Origin: an uncultured Christensenella sp.
Lineage (GTDB): Bacteria; Bacillota; Clostridia; Christensenellales; CAG-917
Direction: 5' to 3'
DNA length: 64,000 bases
NCBI GenBank assembly: GCA_910577815.1
Contig: CAJTNO010000003.1
Coordinates: 1,586-65,585, forward strand
Shown: in pieces, positions 26,202 through 36,559 of the stretch
Layout: every line of letters starts with the position of its first letter
Numbering within the stretch: the stretch's first letter is position 1
Notes under the pieces: model-generated
Databases searched by the model: none
The model's input: the letters and a program-made list of their open reading frames with translations, nothing else
Told to the model about the DNA's origin: nothing
Program-made: the position numbers and the translations under genes

Positions 26202-29200
26202 TTGTTAAACTTAGAAAAAATAGAACTCAGAGGCTTCAAATCGTTTGCCGACAAGGTTGAGATACCCTTTAAGGAGGGCGTCACTGCAATCATAGGTCCT
26301 AACGGGTGCGGAAAGTCAAACGTATCCGACGCTATCCGTTGGACTCTGGGCGAAAGAAGCGCAAAGCAGCTGCGCGGTAAAAGTATGCAGGACGTTATTT
26401 TTGCCGGTACAGAGAAGCGCAAAAGCTTATCCTATTGCGAGGTGTCGCTTACCTTCAATAACGACGACCAGCATATCTTTTCTAATCTTCCTTTTGAAAA
26501 GGTTGTCATTACGCGTAAGCTGGACAGGAGCGGAAGCAGCGAATATTACATAAACAACAGCCGCACTCTTTTAAGCGACATCATAGATTTATTCCGCGAT
26601 ACCGGCATAGGCAAGGAGGGCTATTCCATTATCGGACAGGGCAGAGTTGACGAGATAATGTCCGCCAAGCCCGATGAGCGCCGCAGAATTTTCGAGGAGG
26701 CGGCAGGAATATCCAAATTCCGCGCCGAGCGAGTAAATGCCGAAAGACGTCTGGAGCAGACTGCCCTGAACCTTCAGACTACAAACGAGGTTATTGCGGA
26801 AATAGAGAAGCAGATTGGTCCTTTGCGCAGACAGGCTGAAACAGCAAGAAAGTATGCCGACCTGCGTGAACAGCTAAAGCATAACGAAATAAATTTATAT
26901 ATTTATAATTATGAAAATAATCAGACTATAAAGGACAAAATAAGGACGAGAATAGACGCAAGCGTATCCGCTCTGAAGCAGAAGGATGCTGAATATAACA
27001 AATGCGTATTGAAATACGACGATTGCATAAGAGAGTCGGGCAATATAGACCGCACTTACGACGAGCGCAATGCTGAGCTTATGGTGCTTAAGGTCGGCGC
27101 GGCTAAGTCAGAGGGCGCGGCGCAGGCTCTTAAAGAACGTATAAGCGATATTCAGTCGCAGATTGCACGATTAAACGACGATATAAATTCGGTTGACAAT
27201 CAGCTTATAGTTTCCGAACGTATGATAGAGGACTTAAACAATAAGAAATCGGAAGCTCTGTCGCAGTATATGCAAACCTGTAAGGAGGTTGAAGCGCTTG
27301 CCGCCAAGTCATCCAAGCTGAGTGCAACTATTAAAGGGCGCGAAAGCGCGCTGGCAGACAGCAACGAGGCATACGTTCACGCAATCGAGGAGCTGGGAAT
27401 GCTCAAATCGAATATGGCAAGCTTACAGGCTGAGAAGGCTATACATCAGGAGCGCGCAAGAACTATAAAGGAGCTGCTTGCTCAGAAAAAGGCTACGCTT
27501 GACGCGGAGCTTACCAATCTGTCAATATTCGACGCAAAGGTCAAAAACGGCAAGGAGCATAAGCGCGAGCTTATAAACGAGTACAACGAATGCAACTCTG
27601 CAAAGCTTGAGGCGCAGGAGGGTGCAAACGCTCTGCTTGACGAAATAGCGCTTGAAAACAAAAAGATTTCCGCCTCGGAGGAAAGACTTAAGATTGCTAT
27701 CGACGATAAGGAGAAATATGCCTCCTATCAGAATGCCGTAGGAAACCTTATGCGCGACGCTAAGGATAATCCCGATATCGCACATAAGATTTTGGGCGTG
27801 CTTGCGGAGGTTATCAATGTTCCGAGCGAATATGAAACCGCAATAGAATATGCCCTCGGCGGCGCTATGCAGAATGTTCTTGTAGAAACCGAGAGCGACG
27901 CGAGCGACCTTATTACATATCTTAAGCAAAAGAATTACGGGCGCGTAACCTTCCGTCCGCTTTCGTCCTGCCGTCCGCATACGCTTACGGGCTCGAGCCT
28001 TGACGCGCTCAGAGAACCCGGCTGCTACGGACTTGCAAGCGAGCTTATCAGATATGATTATAAATATTCCGGTCTTGTCAAAACTCTACTTGGCACTACG
28101 GTAGTGGTAAACAATATCGGAAACGCGATAAGGATTTATAAAAAATATAACCAGGCGTTTAAGATTGTTACTCTTGACGGCGAAATCTTTTCACGCGGAG
28201 GCGAAATCACCGGCGGCTCGCGCAGAAATCAAACTCAGGGCTTACTGTCGCAGGAAAAAAAGATAGAGGATATCCGCGCCAATCTTGAGAGAGCTAAAAA
28301 GGGCTTGTCCGCGCTTGTAAATCGCAGAAACGAGTGCGAGCAGGAAATACACGACGCGGAAAGTCGAATACAGGAATTGAATGCGGAAATTTCTGCCGTA
28401 AGCATAGAGATTGGCGTAAACGAGGAGAAGGCTTCGCAATCCGCTAAGATTGCCGAAAGCTTGCAGGAGGAGATTGCGGAGGGCGCGCACGAGCACGAAA
28501 TCGTAAAGATTGCCATAAGCGATATAGAAAACAAGCTCAACTCCATCGACGCGCTCGAAAAGCTGACCTCCGAAAAGAAGGCGGAATATACGGCGTTGCT
28601 TGCGGATTCCAAATCGGAAAGCACAAAGCACAAGGATGAGAGTCAGGAAGTAGCAAGCAGACTTATGGAGATGAATATCCAAAAGGCAAATCAGCAGAAT
28701 ATGCTGACGGGCTACGATAACGATTTGTTCCGTATAACAAGAGAAAAAGAATCCCTCGAGGAAGAAAAGCTCGACGCTATAGCACAGCTCAAAATAGAAC
28801 AGACCAAGCTTGAGAGTATAATGTCTGCGCCCGAGCGCGTTTCGGTCTCGCGCGAGGAGGAAGAACGCATAAGGGAACTCGAGGAGGAAATAAGCGCGCT
28901 GTCCAAGCGCAAGCACACAATTTCGGACGAGATTGTTGCGCTTGACGCTCAGAAAACGGAGATTTTCAATCAGCGCAACGAGCTAATCGAAAAGAAAACC
29001 CGCGACGAGGGTATGATGCAGAACGTGGATGTTGAAATGAACGCGCAGCAGACTCACATACTCGAGGAATACAATCTTACCTATGCGGGCGCGGTTGAAT
29101 TCAAGGACCCCGAATTTAAGTCCTACGGCGCGCTTACTGTGATATCCGATTTAAAGCGTTCGATGCAAAGACTGGGAGATATAAACTTTGCCGCCGAAAA

Positions 29201-29798
29201 AACGCTTGAGGAGACCGAAGGAAGATTAAGCGAGCAAATCAAACAGCGCGACGATATCCAAAAGGCTTGCGACGACGTCAAGACGATTATCGCTTCGCTT
29301 ACCGAGCGTATGCGCGACCAGTTTATGGAAGCGTTTGACAAGATAAGTGAGAACTTTAAGGGAGTATTTTCGCAGCTGTTCGGCGGAGGTAAGGGCGAGC
29401 TTCGCTTGGACACCAAGGAAACGGACGACGTTCTGGAGGCGGGTATAGAAATATTTGCGCAGCCTCCCGGAAAGAAATTGCAGAATATCGGACTTCTGAG
29501 CGGCGGAGAGCGCGCGCTCACGGCGATTGCGATATTGTTTGCAATACTGCGCCTTAAGCCGATGCCTTTCTGCGTGCTTGACGAAATAGAAGCCGCACTT
29601 GACGACGCAAACGTAAATCTGTTTGCCGAATTTCTTAAGAAGTTTTCGGATTTCACGCAGTTTATAGTTATTACGCACAGAAAGCCGACAATGCGTCACG
29701 CGGATACAATATTCGGTGTCACTATGGAAGAAAAGGGCGTTACCAAGATTGTTTCCATAGAGTTTGAGGAGGCTGTAAAGCAGGCCACCTCCAATTAA
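26202..29798 (+). CDS. smc: Chromosome segregation protein SMC
   Basis: 1198 aa with a TTG start. Walker A GPNGCGKSN, long coiled coils, a hinge, signature LSGGERALTAI and Walker B FCVLDE. Confidence 0.95.
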   Translation: MLNLEKIELRGFKSFADKVEIPFKEGVTAIIGPNGCGKSNVSDAIRWTLGERSAKQLRGKSMQDVIFAGTEKRKSLSYCEVSLTFNNDDQHIFSNLPFEKVVITRKLDRSGSSEYYINNSRTLLSDIIDLFRDTGIGKEGYSIIGQGRVDEIMSAKPDERRRIFEEAAGISKFRAERVNAERRLEQTALNLQTTNEVIAEIEKQIGPLRRQAETARKYADLREQLKHNEINLYIYNYENNQTIKDKIRTRIDASVSALKQKDAEYNKCVLKYDDCIRESGNIDRTYDERNAELMVLKVGAAKSEGAAQALKERISDIQSQIARLNDDINSVDNQLIVSERMIEDLNNKKSEALSQYMQTCKEVEALAAKSSKLSATIKGRESALADSNEAYVHAIEELGMLKSNMASLQAEKAIHQERARTIKELLAQKKATLDAELTNLSIFDAKVKNGKEHKRELINEYNECNSAKLEAQEGANALLDEIALENKKISASEERLKIAIDDKEKYASYQNAVGNLMRDAKDNPDIAHKILGVLAEVINVPSEYETAIEYALGGAMQNVLVETESDASDLITYLKQKNYGRVTFRPLSSCRPHTLTGSSLDALREPGCYGLASELIRYDYKYSGLVKTLLGTTVVVNNIGNAIRIYKKYNQAFKIVTLDGEIFSRGGEITGGSRRNQTQGLLSQEKKIEDIRANLERAKKGLSALVNRRNECEQEIHDAESRIQELNAEISAVSIEIGVNEEKASQSAKIAESLQEEIAEGAHEHEIVKIAISDIENKLNSIDALEKLTSEKKAEYTALLADSKSESTKHKDESQEVASRLMEMNIQKANQQNMLTGYDNDLFRITREKESLEEEKLDAIAQLKIEQTKLESIMSAPERVSVSREEEERIRELEEEISALSKRKHTISDEIVALDAQKTEIFNQRNELIEKKTRDEGMMQNVDVEMNAQQTHILEEYNLTYAGAVEFKDPEFKSYGALTVISDLKRSMQRLGDINFAAEKTLEETEGRLSEQIKQRDDIQKACDDVKTIIASLTERMRDQFMEAFDKISENFKGVFSQLFGGGKGELRLDTKETDDVLEAGIEIFAQPPGKKLQNIGLLSGGERALTAIAILFAILRLKPMPFCVLDEIEAALDDANVNLFAEFLKKFSDFTQFIVITHRKPTMRHADTIFGVTMEEKGVTKIVSIEFEEAVKQATSN

Positions 29799-29815
29799 AT
29801 AAACGGGAGTCGACA

Positions 29816-30709
29816 GTGGGATTTTTTCAGAAAATAGCGGAAGGAATAAGAAAGACTAAGGACGCTTTTTCAAAAAAGCTGTTCTTTGCCTTTTCCGCAA
29901 GGGAATTTGACGACGAGTTTTACGAAAATCTGGAGGAGGCGCTGCTGACTGCGGACGTCGGTATTACTGCAACGGAAAACCTCATAGATGAACTTAAGGA
30001 CAAGATATTCGAAAAGAAAATCAAAAAGCCGCAGGACGCAAAAGAGCTGCTTAGAACCTTGATGATTGAGGATATCGATTATGATGTGCCTAATTACGAA
30101 TATCCTCTTGTAATTCTGCTGTCCGGTGTGAACGGCGTAGGAAAAACGACCGCGATAGGCAAGCTTGCTCACAGCTTTAAGGAACAAGGCAAAAGCGTTG
30201 TCGTGGCGGCAGCCGATACGTTCAGAGCGGCGGCGAGCGAACAGCTCGAGGTGTGGGGACAGCGCGCCGGCGTAAGAGTAATACGTCATAACGAGGGCGC
30301 GGACCCTGCCGCCGTGGTCTATGACGCGATAGCGTCCGCAAAGGCAAAGGGTAACGACGTAATACTTGTGGATACCGCAGGTCGCTTGCACAACAAGAAA
30401 AACCTTATGGCGGAGCTGCAAAAAATTTGTCGCGTAGTTGACAGAGAACTTCCCGAAGCGGATTTCAGAAAATACCTTGTGCTTGACGCGACTACGGGAC
30501 AGAATGCTGTTGCGCAGGCAAAGATTTTCAGCGAGGATATAGATACCGACGGCATTATTCTCAATAAGCTTGACGGTACGGCCAAGGGCGGCGTTGTTTT
30601 GGCTATTTCCGATGAAATCGGCTTGCCCGTCGTGTATGTGGGCGTCGGCGAAAAAATTGACGACCTTATTCCTTTTGACGCTACCGATTTTATAAACGCA
30701 CTGCTATAA
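29816..30709 (+). CDS. ftsY: Signal recognition particle receptor FtsY
   Basis: 297 aa with a GTG start. NG domain motifs GVNGVGKTT, DTAGR and LNKLDGTAKGG. Confidence 0.95.
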   Translation: MGFFQKIAEGIRKTKDAFSKKLFFAFSAREFDDEFYENLEEALLTADVGITATENLIDELKDKIFEKKIKKPQDAKELLRTLMIEDIDYDVPNYEYPLVILLSGVNGVGKTTAIGKLAHSFKEQGKSVVVAAADTFRAAASEQLEVWGQRAGVRVIRHNEGADPAAVVYDAIASAKAKGNDVILVDTAGRLHNKKNLMAELQKICRVVDRELPEADFRKYLVLDATTGQNAVAQAKIFSEDIDTDGIILNKLDGTAKGGVVLAISDEIGLPVVYVGVGEKIDDLIPFDATDFINALL

Positions 30710-30731
30710 GTTTATTATACAATAAAGTTTG

Positions 30732-30768
30732 AGGTGTCGAGCGAAAATGCTTGACACCTTTGTTTTTT
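30732..30768 (+). terminator. Intrinsic terminator after ftsY
   Basis: AGGTGTCGAGC-GAAAAT-GCTTGACACCT (one G-U pair) followed by TTGTTTTTT. Confidence 0.7.
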
Positions 30769-30797
30769 AGTTGTATAGTTTTGTTTAGTAAAAATAC

Positions 30798-30825
30798 TTG
30801 ACACCTGTTAATCCCGTGTTATATA
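30798..30825 (+). promoter_or_regulatory. Promoter of ylxM-ffh
   Basis: TTGACA (30798-30803), 16-nt spacer, TGtTATATA extended -10 (30817-30825). Confidence 0.55.
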
Positions 30826-30891
30826 GATTGTGAGAAACAGGCAAGGGTAAAACGGTTTGATAGTATACAACCAATCAAACAATAAAAAAAT

Positions 30892-31212
30892 ATGGATAGA
30901 TTTGAGATTTCAATATTGCGCGACATATACGGCTCTCTGCTTACGGATAAGCAGAACGAGATGCTTAAGCTGCGCTACGACGATGATTTATCATTCGGAG
31001 AAATCGCCGAGATTTGCGAGGTAAGCAGACAGGCGGTTTTGGACAGTCTTAACAAGGGAGAAAAACACCTCGCCGAGTATGAGGAAAATCTCAAATGCTT
31101 GGATAAGCAAAGAAAAGTATTTGCGTTGCTTGACGATATGGAAAGGAATTGCAGCATAGACGACGCTGTGCGAACGCGGCTTGCCGAGCTCAGAAGTATT
31201 TTGGAGGACTAA
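30892..31212 (+). CDS. ylxM: YlxM/UPF0122 putative HTH protein
   Basis: 106 aa. LTDKQNEMLKLRYDDDLSFGEIAE is a sigma-region-4-like HTH. Conserved position immediately upstream of ffh. Confidence 0.85.
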   Translation: MDRFEISILRDIYGSLLTDKQNEMLKLRYDDDLSFGEIAEICEVSRQAVLDSLNKGEKHLAEYEENLKCLDKQRKVFALLDDMERNCSIDDAVRTRLAELRSILED

Positions 31213-32547
31213 ATGGCTCTGTTTGAAAATCTTTCGGATAGAATGAACCATATATTTTCAAAGCTGCGCAACAAGGGTAAATTGACCGAGCTTGAAATTA
31301 AACAGGCAATGAGAGAAATACGAGTTGCTTTGTTGGAGGCGGACGTCAACTATTCGGTGGTCAAGGACTTTGTCGCAACAGTCAGCGAAAAGGCGTTGGG
31401 CGAGGATATACTGAAATCGCTCACTCCCGCGCAACAGATAGTTAAGATAGTAAACGACGAGCTTATAGCTCTTATGGGTTCTACGCATCAGAAGCTTGCC
31501 GTATCGGACAAACAGCCCACTGTTTATATGATGTGCGGCTTGCAGGGTGCGGGTAAAACAACGATGTGCGGAAAGCTTGCCGCATATCTGAAAAAGCAAA
31601 ACAAGAAGGTTTTGCTTGTAGCGGGCGACATATACCGTCCTGCCGCTATAGACCAGTTGAAAATCGTAGCGGGCAAGGCAGGAACGGAATGCTTTACGAT
31701 GGGGCAGATTGACCCCGTTAAAATAGCGAAGTCGGGCGTGGAATATGCGCTTAAAAACGGCTATGACACTATGATAGTAGACACTGCGGGACGTCTGCAT
31801 ATCGACGAGACTCTAATGGACGAGCTCGTGCGTGTGAAGAAAGCCGTCGCGCCTACGGAAATTCTGCTCGTTGTTGACAGTATGACGGGACAGGACGCCG
31901 TTACCGTAGCGGATACCTTCAATAAAACCCTTGACGTAACCGGCGTTATTATGACAAAGCTCGACGGCGATACGAGAGGCGGAGCGGCGTTGTCCATAAG
32001 GGCGGTAACGGGCAAACCGATAAAGTTCAGCGGCACAGGCGAAAAGATGGAGGATTTAGAGTCTTTCCATCCCGAGCGTATGGCGTCCAGAATACTCGGA
32101 ATGGGCGACGTTCTTACTCTTATAGAGAGAGCGCAGGAAGCAATTTCTCAGGAAGAAGCGTTAAATTTACAGAAAAAGCTTAAGGAAAACTCCTTTACGC
32201 TCGAGGATTATCTTACTCAGATTGAGAGTGTTAAGAAGATGGGAAGCCTAAGCGATATGATGGCGATGATTCCGGGACTTTCGGGCAAGATGAAGCCGGG
32301 TGCTCAGATAGACGAAAAACAGCTGTTCCGAAATAAAGCTATCATACAGTCGATGACCGCTAAGGAACGCAGAAACCCCGAAATAATCAAAGCGTCGAGG
32401 CGTAAGCGCATAGCAAACGGCAGCGGTACGTCTATTCAGGAGGTCAACGCTCTGCTTAAGCAATTCGAGCTTACCAAGGATATGATGGCAAGAATGCAAA
32501 AGGGCGGAATGCGAGGTCTTAAGGGCTTTAAGGGCTTGCCGTTTTAA
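31213..32547 (+). CDS. ffh: Signal recognition particle protein Ffh
   Basis: 444 aa. GLQGAGKTT, DTAGR, TKLDGDTRGG and a Met-rich M domain. Confidence 0.95.
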   Translation: MALFENLSDRMNHIFSKLRNKGKLTELEIKQAMREIRVALLEADVNYSVVKDFVATVSEKALGEDILKSLTPAQQIVKIVNDELIALMGSTHQKLAVSDKQPTVYMMCGLQGAGKTTMCGKLAAYLKKQNKKVLLVAGDIYRPAAIDQLKIVAGKAGTECFTMGQIDPVKIAKSGVEYALKNGYDTMIVDTAGRLHIDETLMDELVRVKKAVAPTEILLVVDSMTGQDAVTVADTFNKTLDVTGVIMTKLDGDTRGGAALSIRAVTGKPIKFSGTGEKMEDLESFHPERMASRILGMGDVLTLIERAQEAISQEEALNLQKKLKENSFTLEDYLTQIESVKKMGSLSDMMAMIPGLSGKMKPGAQIDEKQLFRNKAIIQSMTAKERRNPEIIKASRRKRIANGSGTSIQEVNALLKQFELTKDMMARMQKGGMRGLKGFKGLPF

Positions 32548-32616
32548 AAACAATCGATAAAATGCGGATATCCGCACTAAATAAAAAATAAACATATCAC
32601 ATCGGAGGATACAACA

Positions 32617-32868
32617 ATGGTTAAACTCAGACTTACAAGAATGGGCGCAAAGAAGGCTCCTTTCTATCGCATCGTCGCAATGGACTCCCGCAAGGCGAGA
32701 GACGGCAAGTACATCGACCAAATCGGCTACTATAATCCCGTCAGCACTCCAAAGCAGATTGTGATTGACGCCGACAAGGCTAAAGAATGGCTCGCCAAGG
32801 GCGCTCAACCCACTGAGACCGTTATGGCTCTGTTCATCGGTCAAGGCATTGTCGAAAAGACGAAATAA
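32617..32868 (+). CDS. rpsP: 30S ribosomal protein S16
   Basis: 83 aa. [21 protein letters not shown]. Confidence 0.95.
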   Translation: MVKLRLTRMGAKKAPFYRIVAMDSRKARDGKYIDQIGYYNPVSTPKQIVIDADKAKEWLAKGAQPTETVMALFIGQGIVEKTK

Positions 32869-32871
32869 TCG

Positions 32872-33120
32872 GTGACGGCAATGATTGAGTTAGTAGAATA
32901 TCTTGTGTCCTCTCTCGTGCCTGACGGAGATTATACCGTCGAGCAGAGAGACGGCAACGGAGCATCGGATATCGTTATTACCATATCCAAAAACGACATA
33001 GGCAAGATAATCGGCAAACAGGGCAAGATTGCAAGGGCAATCCGTACGATTGTCAAGTCGGCGGGAGGAAGAAGTTCCGTAAAGTACAACGTCGTCATCG
33101 AAGAAAAGAATGAAATCTGA
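32872..33120 (+). CDS. khpA: KH-domain RNA-binding protein (YlqC/KhpA)
   Basis: 82 aa. Contains IGKIIGKQGKIARAIRTIV (GxxG KH motif). The start is ambiguous: GTG at 32872 or ATG at 32881. Confidence 0.85.
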   Translation: MTAMIELVEYLVSSLVPDGDYTVEQRDGNGASDIVITISKNDIGKIIGKQGKIARAIRTIVKSAGGRSSVKYNVVIEEKNEI

Positions 33121-33613
33121 ATTCGAAATAGCAAGGATATTGAAGCCGCGCGGATTGAAAGGAGAAATGAAGGTTCAATTTTATTCCTCCGACGTCGCAC
33201 GGTTTTCTCTTTTAAAGACTGTGCGTATAGACGGCGTTGCTCATAAGCTTTCAAAAATTACCGCCGAGGGCGAGTACGGCTATATTGTACTTGAGGATAT
33301 AAATACCGTAGAAGCCGCCGAAGACTTGCGCGGAAGGATGATTTCCGCAAGGCGCGACGAGCTTCCGAAGCTTGAAGAAGGTAAATTTTATATTGCGGAT
33401 ATGATAGGCTTGGCGGTATATGTAGGCAACGATTATATCGGCAAGCTTGCCGATATCCTGCAATACGGCTCTGCTGACGTGTACGTCATTAAAAACGATA
33501 AACAGTCTCTCAGCGTTCCCGCTATAAAGCAGCTGATAAGCTCCGTCGATTTAGAAAACGGCAAATTGACGCTTGACGAGGTTATTTTCGACAGGGTGGT
33601 AGTTTACAATTAA
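33110..33613 (+). CDS. rimM: 16S rRNA processing protein RimM
   Basis: 167 aa. ILKPRGLKGEMKV, a PRC barrel, and conserved operon position. Confidence 0.9.
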   Translation: MKSEFEIARILKPRGLKGEMKVQFYSSDVARFSLLKTVRIDGVAHKLSKITAEGEYGYIVLEDINTVEAAEDLRGRMISARRDELPKLEEGKFYIADMIGLAVYVGNDYIGKLADILQYGSADVYVIKNDKQSLSVPAIKQLISSVDLENGKLTLDEVIFDRVVVYN

Positions 33614-33637
33614 ATCGGCTATCTAATAAGGTTAATT

Positions 33638-34357
33638 ATGCAATTTGATATTCTTACAATATTTCCCGAATATTTCGACGTGTTAAAAGTCAGCTTGCTC
33701 GGTAAGGCAATAAGCGAGGGTAAATTATGCGTTAATATTGTTGATATCAGAAACTATTCGCAGGATAAGCATAAAAAAACCGACGACACTCCTTATGGCG
33801 GTGGAGCGGGAATGGTTATGACCGTTGACCCCATTGTAAGAGCCATAGAAAGCGTTGACCCGTCACACGAGGCAAGACGGATTTATCTATCTCCGCGAGG
33901 CGCAACGCTCAATCAAAGCAAGGTGGAAAAGCTTGCGAAAGAGGAACGAATTTTATTGCTGTGCGGAGATTACGAGGGTATTGACGAGAGAGTTATAGAC
34001 CTCTGCATAGACGAGGAGATTTCCATTGGCGATTACGTGCTTACGGGTGGCGAGCTTCCGGCGTTGGTGCTTGTAAATTCTGTAGCGCGGTATGTTGACG
34101 GAGTGCTTGGCAGTGCGGAGTCTACATCCGAGGAAAGCTTTTCCGACGGACTTCTGGAATATCCGCAATACACGCGTCCCGAAATATACAGGGGCTTGAG
34201 GGTTCCCGAGGTGCTGCTCGGCGGCAATCATCACGATATCTGTCGTTGGCGCAAAGAAAAAGCTATTGAAATTACTATGCAACGCAGACCTGATTTGATG
34301 GCTAAAGCGGATATTGCACCTTATATGCCCAAGAAACCTAAAAAGCACCGTAAATAA
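33638..34357 (+). CDS. trmD: tRNA (guanine37-N1)-methyltransferase
   Basis: 239 aa. FDILTIFPEYF, YGGGAGMVM and CGDYEGIDERV. Confidence 0.95.
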   Translation: MQFDILTIFPEYFDVLKVSLLGKAISEGKLCVNIVDIRNYSQDKHKKTDDTPYGGGAGMVMTVDPIVRAIESVDPSHEARRIYLSPRGATLNQSKVEKLAKEERILLLCGDYEGIDERVIDLCIDEEISIGDYVLTGGELPALVLVNSVARYVDGVLGSAESTSEESFSDGLLEYPQYTRPEIYRGLRVPEVLLGGNHHDICRWRKEKAIEITMQRRPDLMAKADIAPYMPKKPKKHRK

Positions 34358-34380
34358 GATTGTAAAATTTAGAGGTAATT

Positions 34381-35214
34381 GTGAATATTCAGTGGTTCCC
34401 GGGGCATATGACAAAGGCAATAAGAATGATGGAGGAAAACCTCCGTCTTGTCGACGCGCTTATTTATGTAATAGACGCGCGCGCCGTATCGTCCTGCATA
34501 AATCCGTTGTTTACAAAATTACTTAACGGAAAAAAGGTGCTTTATGTTTTTAATAAGTGCGACCTTGTGGAGTCCGCCGATTTATCACGTTGGTGCGAGA
34601 AATTTAAAAAGCAGGGTAAAAGCTTTGTAAAGGCCGTAGGCACAAGCGGCGATTGCTCGCAGATAGTAGCGGGTTTAAAATCCGTTATGTCGGATAAGCT
34701 TGACAGATTTGCAAAGAAGGGAGCTAACGTAAGTATACGCGCTATGGTTGTAGGCGTGCCTAACAGCGGCAAATCTACTATTATCAATTCGATGATAAAG
34801 CGCGCAAAGGCTGTTACGGGGGACCGCCCGGGAGTCACGCGCGGCAAGCAGTGGCTGTCGATTGACGGCGTGGATTTTTTGGATACTCCCGGTACACTGT
34901 GGGGTAAATTTGAAAATCAGACAGTTGCTCACCATCTGGCATATATCGGCTCGATTAAGGACGATATACTGGACGTGCTTGAGCTGGCTTGCGATTTTTC
35001 AGACGAGCTAAAGGTAGTTGCTCCCGATGGGCTGAAAAGCAGATACGGTATAGATAATCTTGATAAATCCGCTTATGAAATTATTGAGGAAATAGCAAGC
35101 CGCAGAGGCTTTAAGCTGCGTGCGGATAACCTTGACGTAGAGAGGGCAAGCAGAACGTTGATTGACGATTTCAGAAAGGGCAGACTCGGAAAGATTATGC
35201 TTGAGCATTGCTGA
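34381..35214 (+). CDS. rbgA: Ribosome biogenesis GTPase A (YlqF)
   Basis: 277 aa with a GTG start. IQWFPGHM and circularly permuted GTPase motifs NKCDL...GVPNSGKST...DTPG. Confidence 0.9.
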   Translation: MNIQWFPGHMTKAIRMMEENLRLVDALIYVIDARAVSSCINPLFTKLLNGKKVLYVFNKCDLVESADLSRWCEKFKKQGKSFVKAVGTSGDCSQIVAGLKSVMSDKLDRFAKKGANVSIRAMVVGVPNSGKSTIINSMIKRAKAVTGDRPGVTRGKQWLSIDGVDFLDTPGTLWGKFENQTVAHHLAYIGSIKDDILDVLELACDFSDELKVVAPDGLKSRYGIDNLDKSAYEIIEEIASRRGFKLRADNLDVERASRTLIDDFRKGRLGKIMLEHC

Positions 35215-35247
35215 CTTAAAATTTTTGATATTTAATACAGAGGAAAA

Positions 35248-35862
35248 ATGATACGCGCCGAAGATTTGATGTTGTATGAAAATCAGTTGCTCGAACAGGG
35301 CTATAAATATATCTGCGGAGTTGACGAGGTAGGCAGAGGACCTCTTGCCGGACCCGTTACTTGCTCGGCGGTAATTATGCCGCTTGACGACCTGATACAG
35401 GGCGTAAACGACAGCAAAAAGGTGAGCAAGGGCAAGCGGGAAAAGCTGTACGAGCTTATCACGCAAAAGGCTATAGCGGTGTCGACAGTGTCATATGACC
35501 GTGAAAAAATCGACGAAATGAATATTTTAAACGCTACAAAAGCCTGTATGTCGGATGCCATAATGGCGTTGCCGGTAAAGCCCGACATTGTAATAGTGGA
35601 CGCAATTAAATTGGATATCCCATATAAAACCTTTGGAATAATACACGGCGACGCTTTGTCCTATTCTATAGCAAGCGCGTCCATTGTCGCCAAGGTTACA
35701 AGAGACAGATATATGACACATATGGCCGAAATGTATCCCGAATACGATTTCGAGCATAATATGGGCTACGGTACGGCTAAGCATATTGCCGCGCTAAAGG
35801 AAAGAGGGAAGTGTCCTTTGCATCGCGAGAGCTTTATTGGAAAAATACTCGGCAATAAATAG
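35248..35862 (+). CDS. rnhB: Ribonuclease HII
   Basis: 204 aa. GVDEVGRGPLAGPV, DSKK, and GYGTAKH near the C-terminus. Confidence 0.9.
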   Translation: MIRAEDLMLYENQLLEQGYKYICGVDEVGRGPLAGPVTCSAVIMPLDDLIQGVNDSKKVSKGKREKLYELITQKAIAVSTVSYDREKIDEMNILNATKACMSDAIMALPVKPDIVIVDAIKLDIPYKTFGIIHGDALSYSIASASIVAKVTRDRYMTHMAEMYPEYDFEHNMGYGTAKHIAALKERGKCPLHRESFIGKILGNK

Positions 35863-35898
35863 TTTTCAACAGAATAGAGCCGTTTAGATATACTAAAT

Positions 35899-36378
35899 AT
35901 GAAAAATACCACTTTAATAGGAAATATCGGCGAGCAGCTTGCCTGCGATTATTTGACGGACAAGGGCTATCGGATATTGGAAAGAAACGCAAAGATTTGC
36001 GGCGCGGAGATAGATATAATTTGCGAGGCATATTTTAAAGCCGACGGGAGCATAGCGCCTATAAAATCAAAAAATAAATTTGCGACTTTTATATCGAAAT
36101 TTAAGGCTGAAACAGAGCGCGAGAATAAAGACGTCAAACGCGTAGTCATTTTCTGCGAGGTTAAAGCCCGTAAGGACAACCTGTTCGGAAGCGGCTTAGA
36201 GGCGGTAACTCCTTATAAAATCGGGCGTTATGTAACTGCGGCAAAGGCGTATATGTCGACAATCAAAAATGTGAATAACGACCTTCGTTTTGACGTTATT
36301 GAGGTCGGAGAGGGCGGTATAAACCACATAGAGGGAGCATTTTGGGAGAATGAAGCAAAATATCCGAGTAAACGGTGA
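35899..36378 (+). CDS. yraN: YraN-family (UPF0102) endonuclease-like protein with an internal insertion
   Basis: 159 aa. IGEQLACDYLTDKGYRILERN...GAEIDIIC...FCEVKARK matches the YraN core. About 35 extra residues lie between the EIDII and EVK motifs. Confidence 0.75.
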   Translation: MKNTTLIGNIGEQLACDYLTDKGYRILERNAKICGAEIDIICEAYFKADGSIAPIKSKNKFATFISKFKAETERENKDVKRVVIFCEVKARKDNLFGSGLEAVTPYKIGRYVTAAKAYMSTIKNVNNDLRFDVIEVGEGGINHIEGAFWENEAKYPSKR

Positions 36379-36456
36379 TTTTTGCCGAAGTTTTATTGCT
36401 TATATATATAAATGTATAAAAATTTATTAAAAGTATAAAATTGAACTTAATTTTAG

Positions 36457-36559
36457 TTGTAATAAAAACAAATATATGATAACATATCACGCGTGACTCG
36501 GATATTCCGCTGGCAAGAGATACTTGCGTATGAATGTTGCGTAATTAGGAGGTAGTCAA
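36457..36559 (+). promoter_or_regulatory. Putative rplS promoter plus a roughly 75-nt leader
   Basis: TTGTAA (36457-36462), 17-nt spacer, TGaTAACAT (36477-36485). The leader ends in AGGAGG. I cannot confirm from memory whether it matches the known L19 leader motif. Confidence 0.3.
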
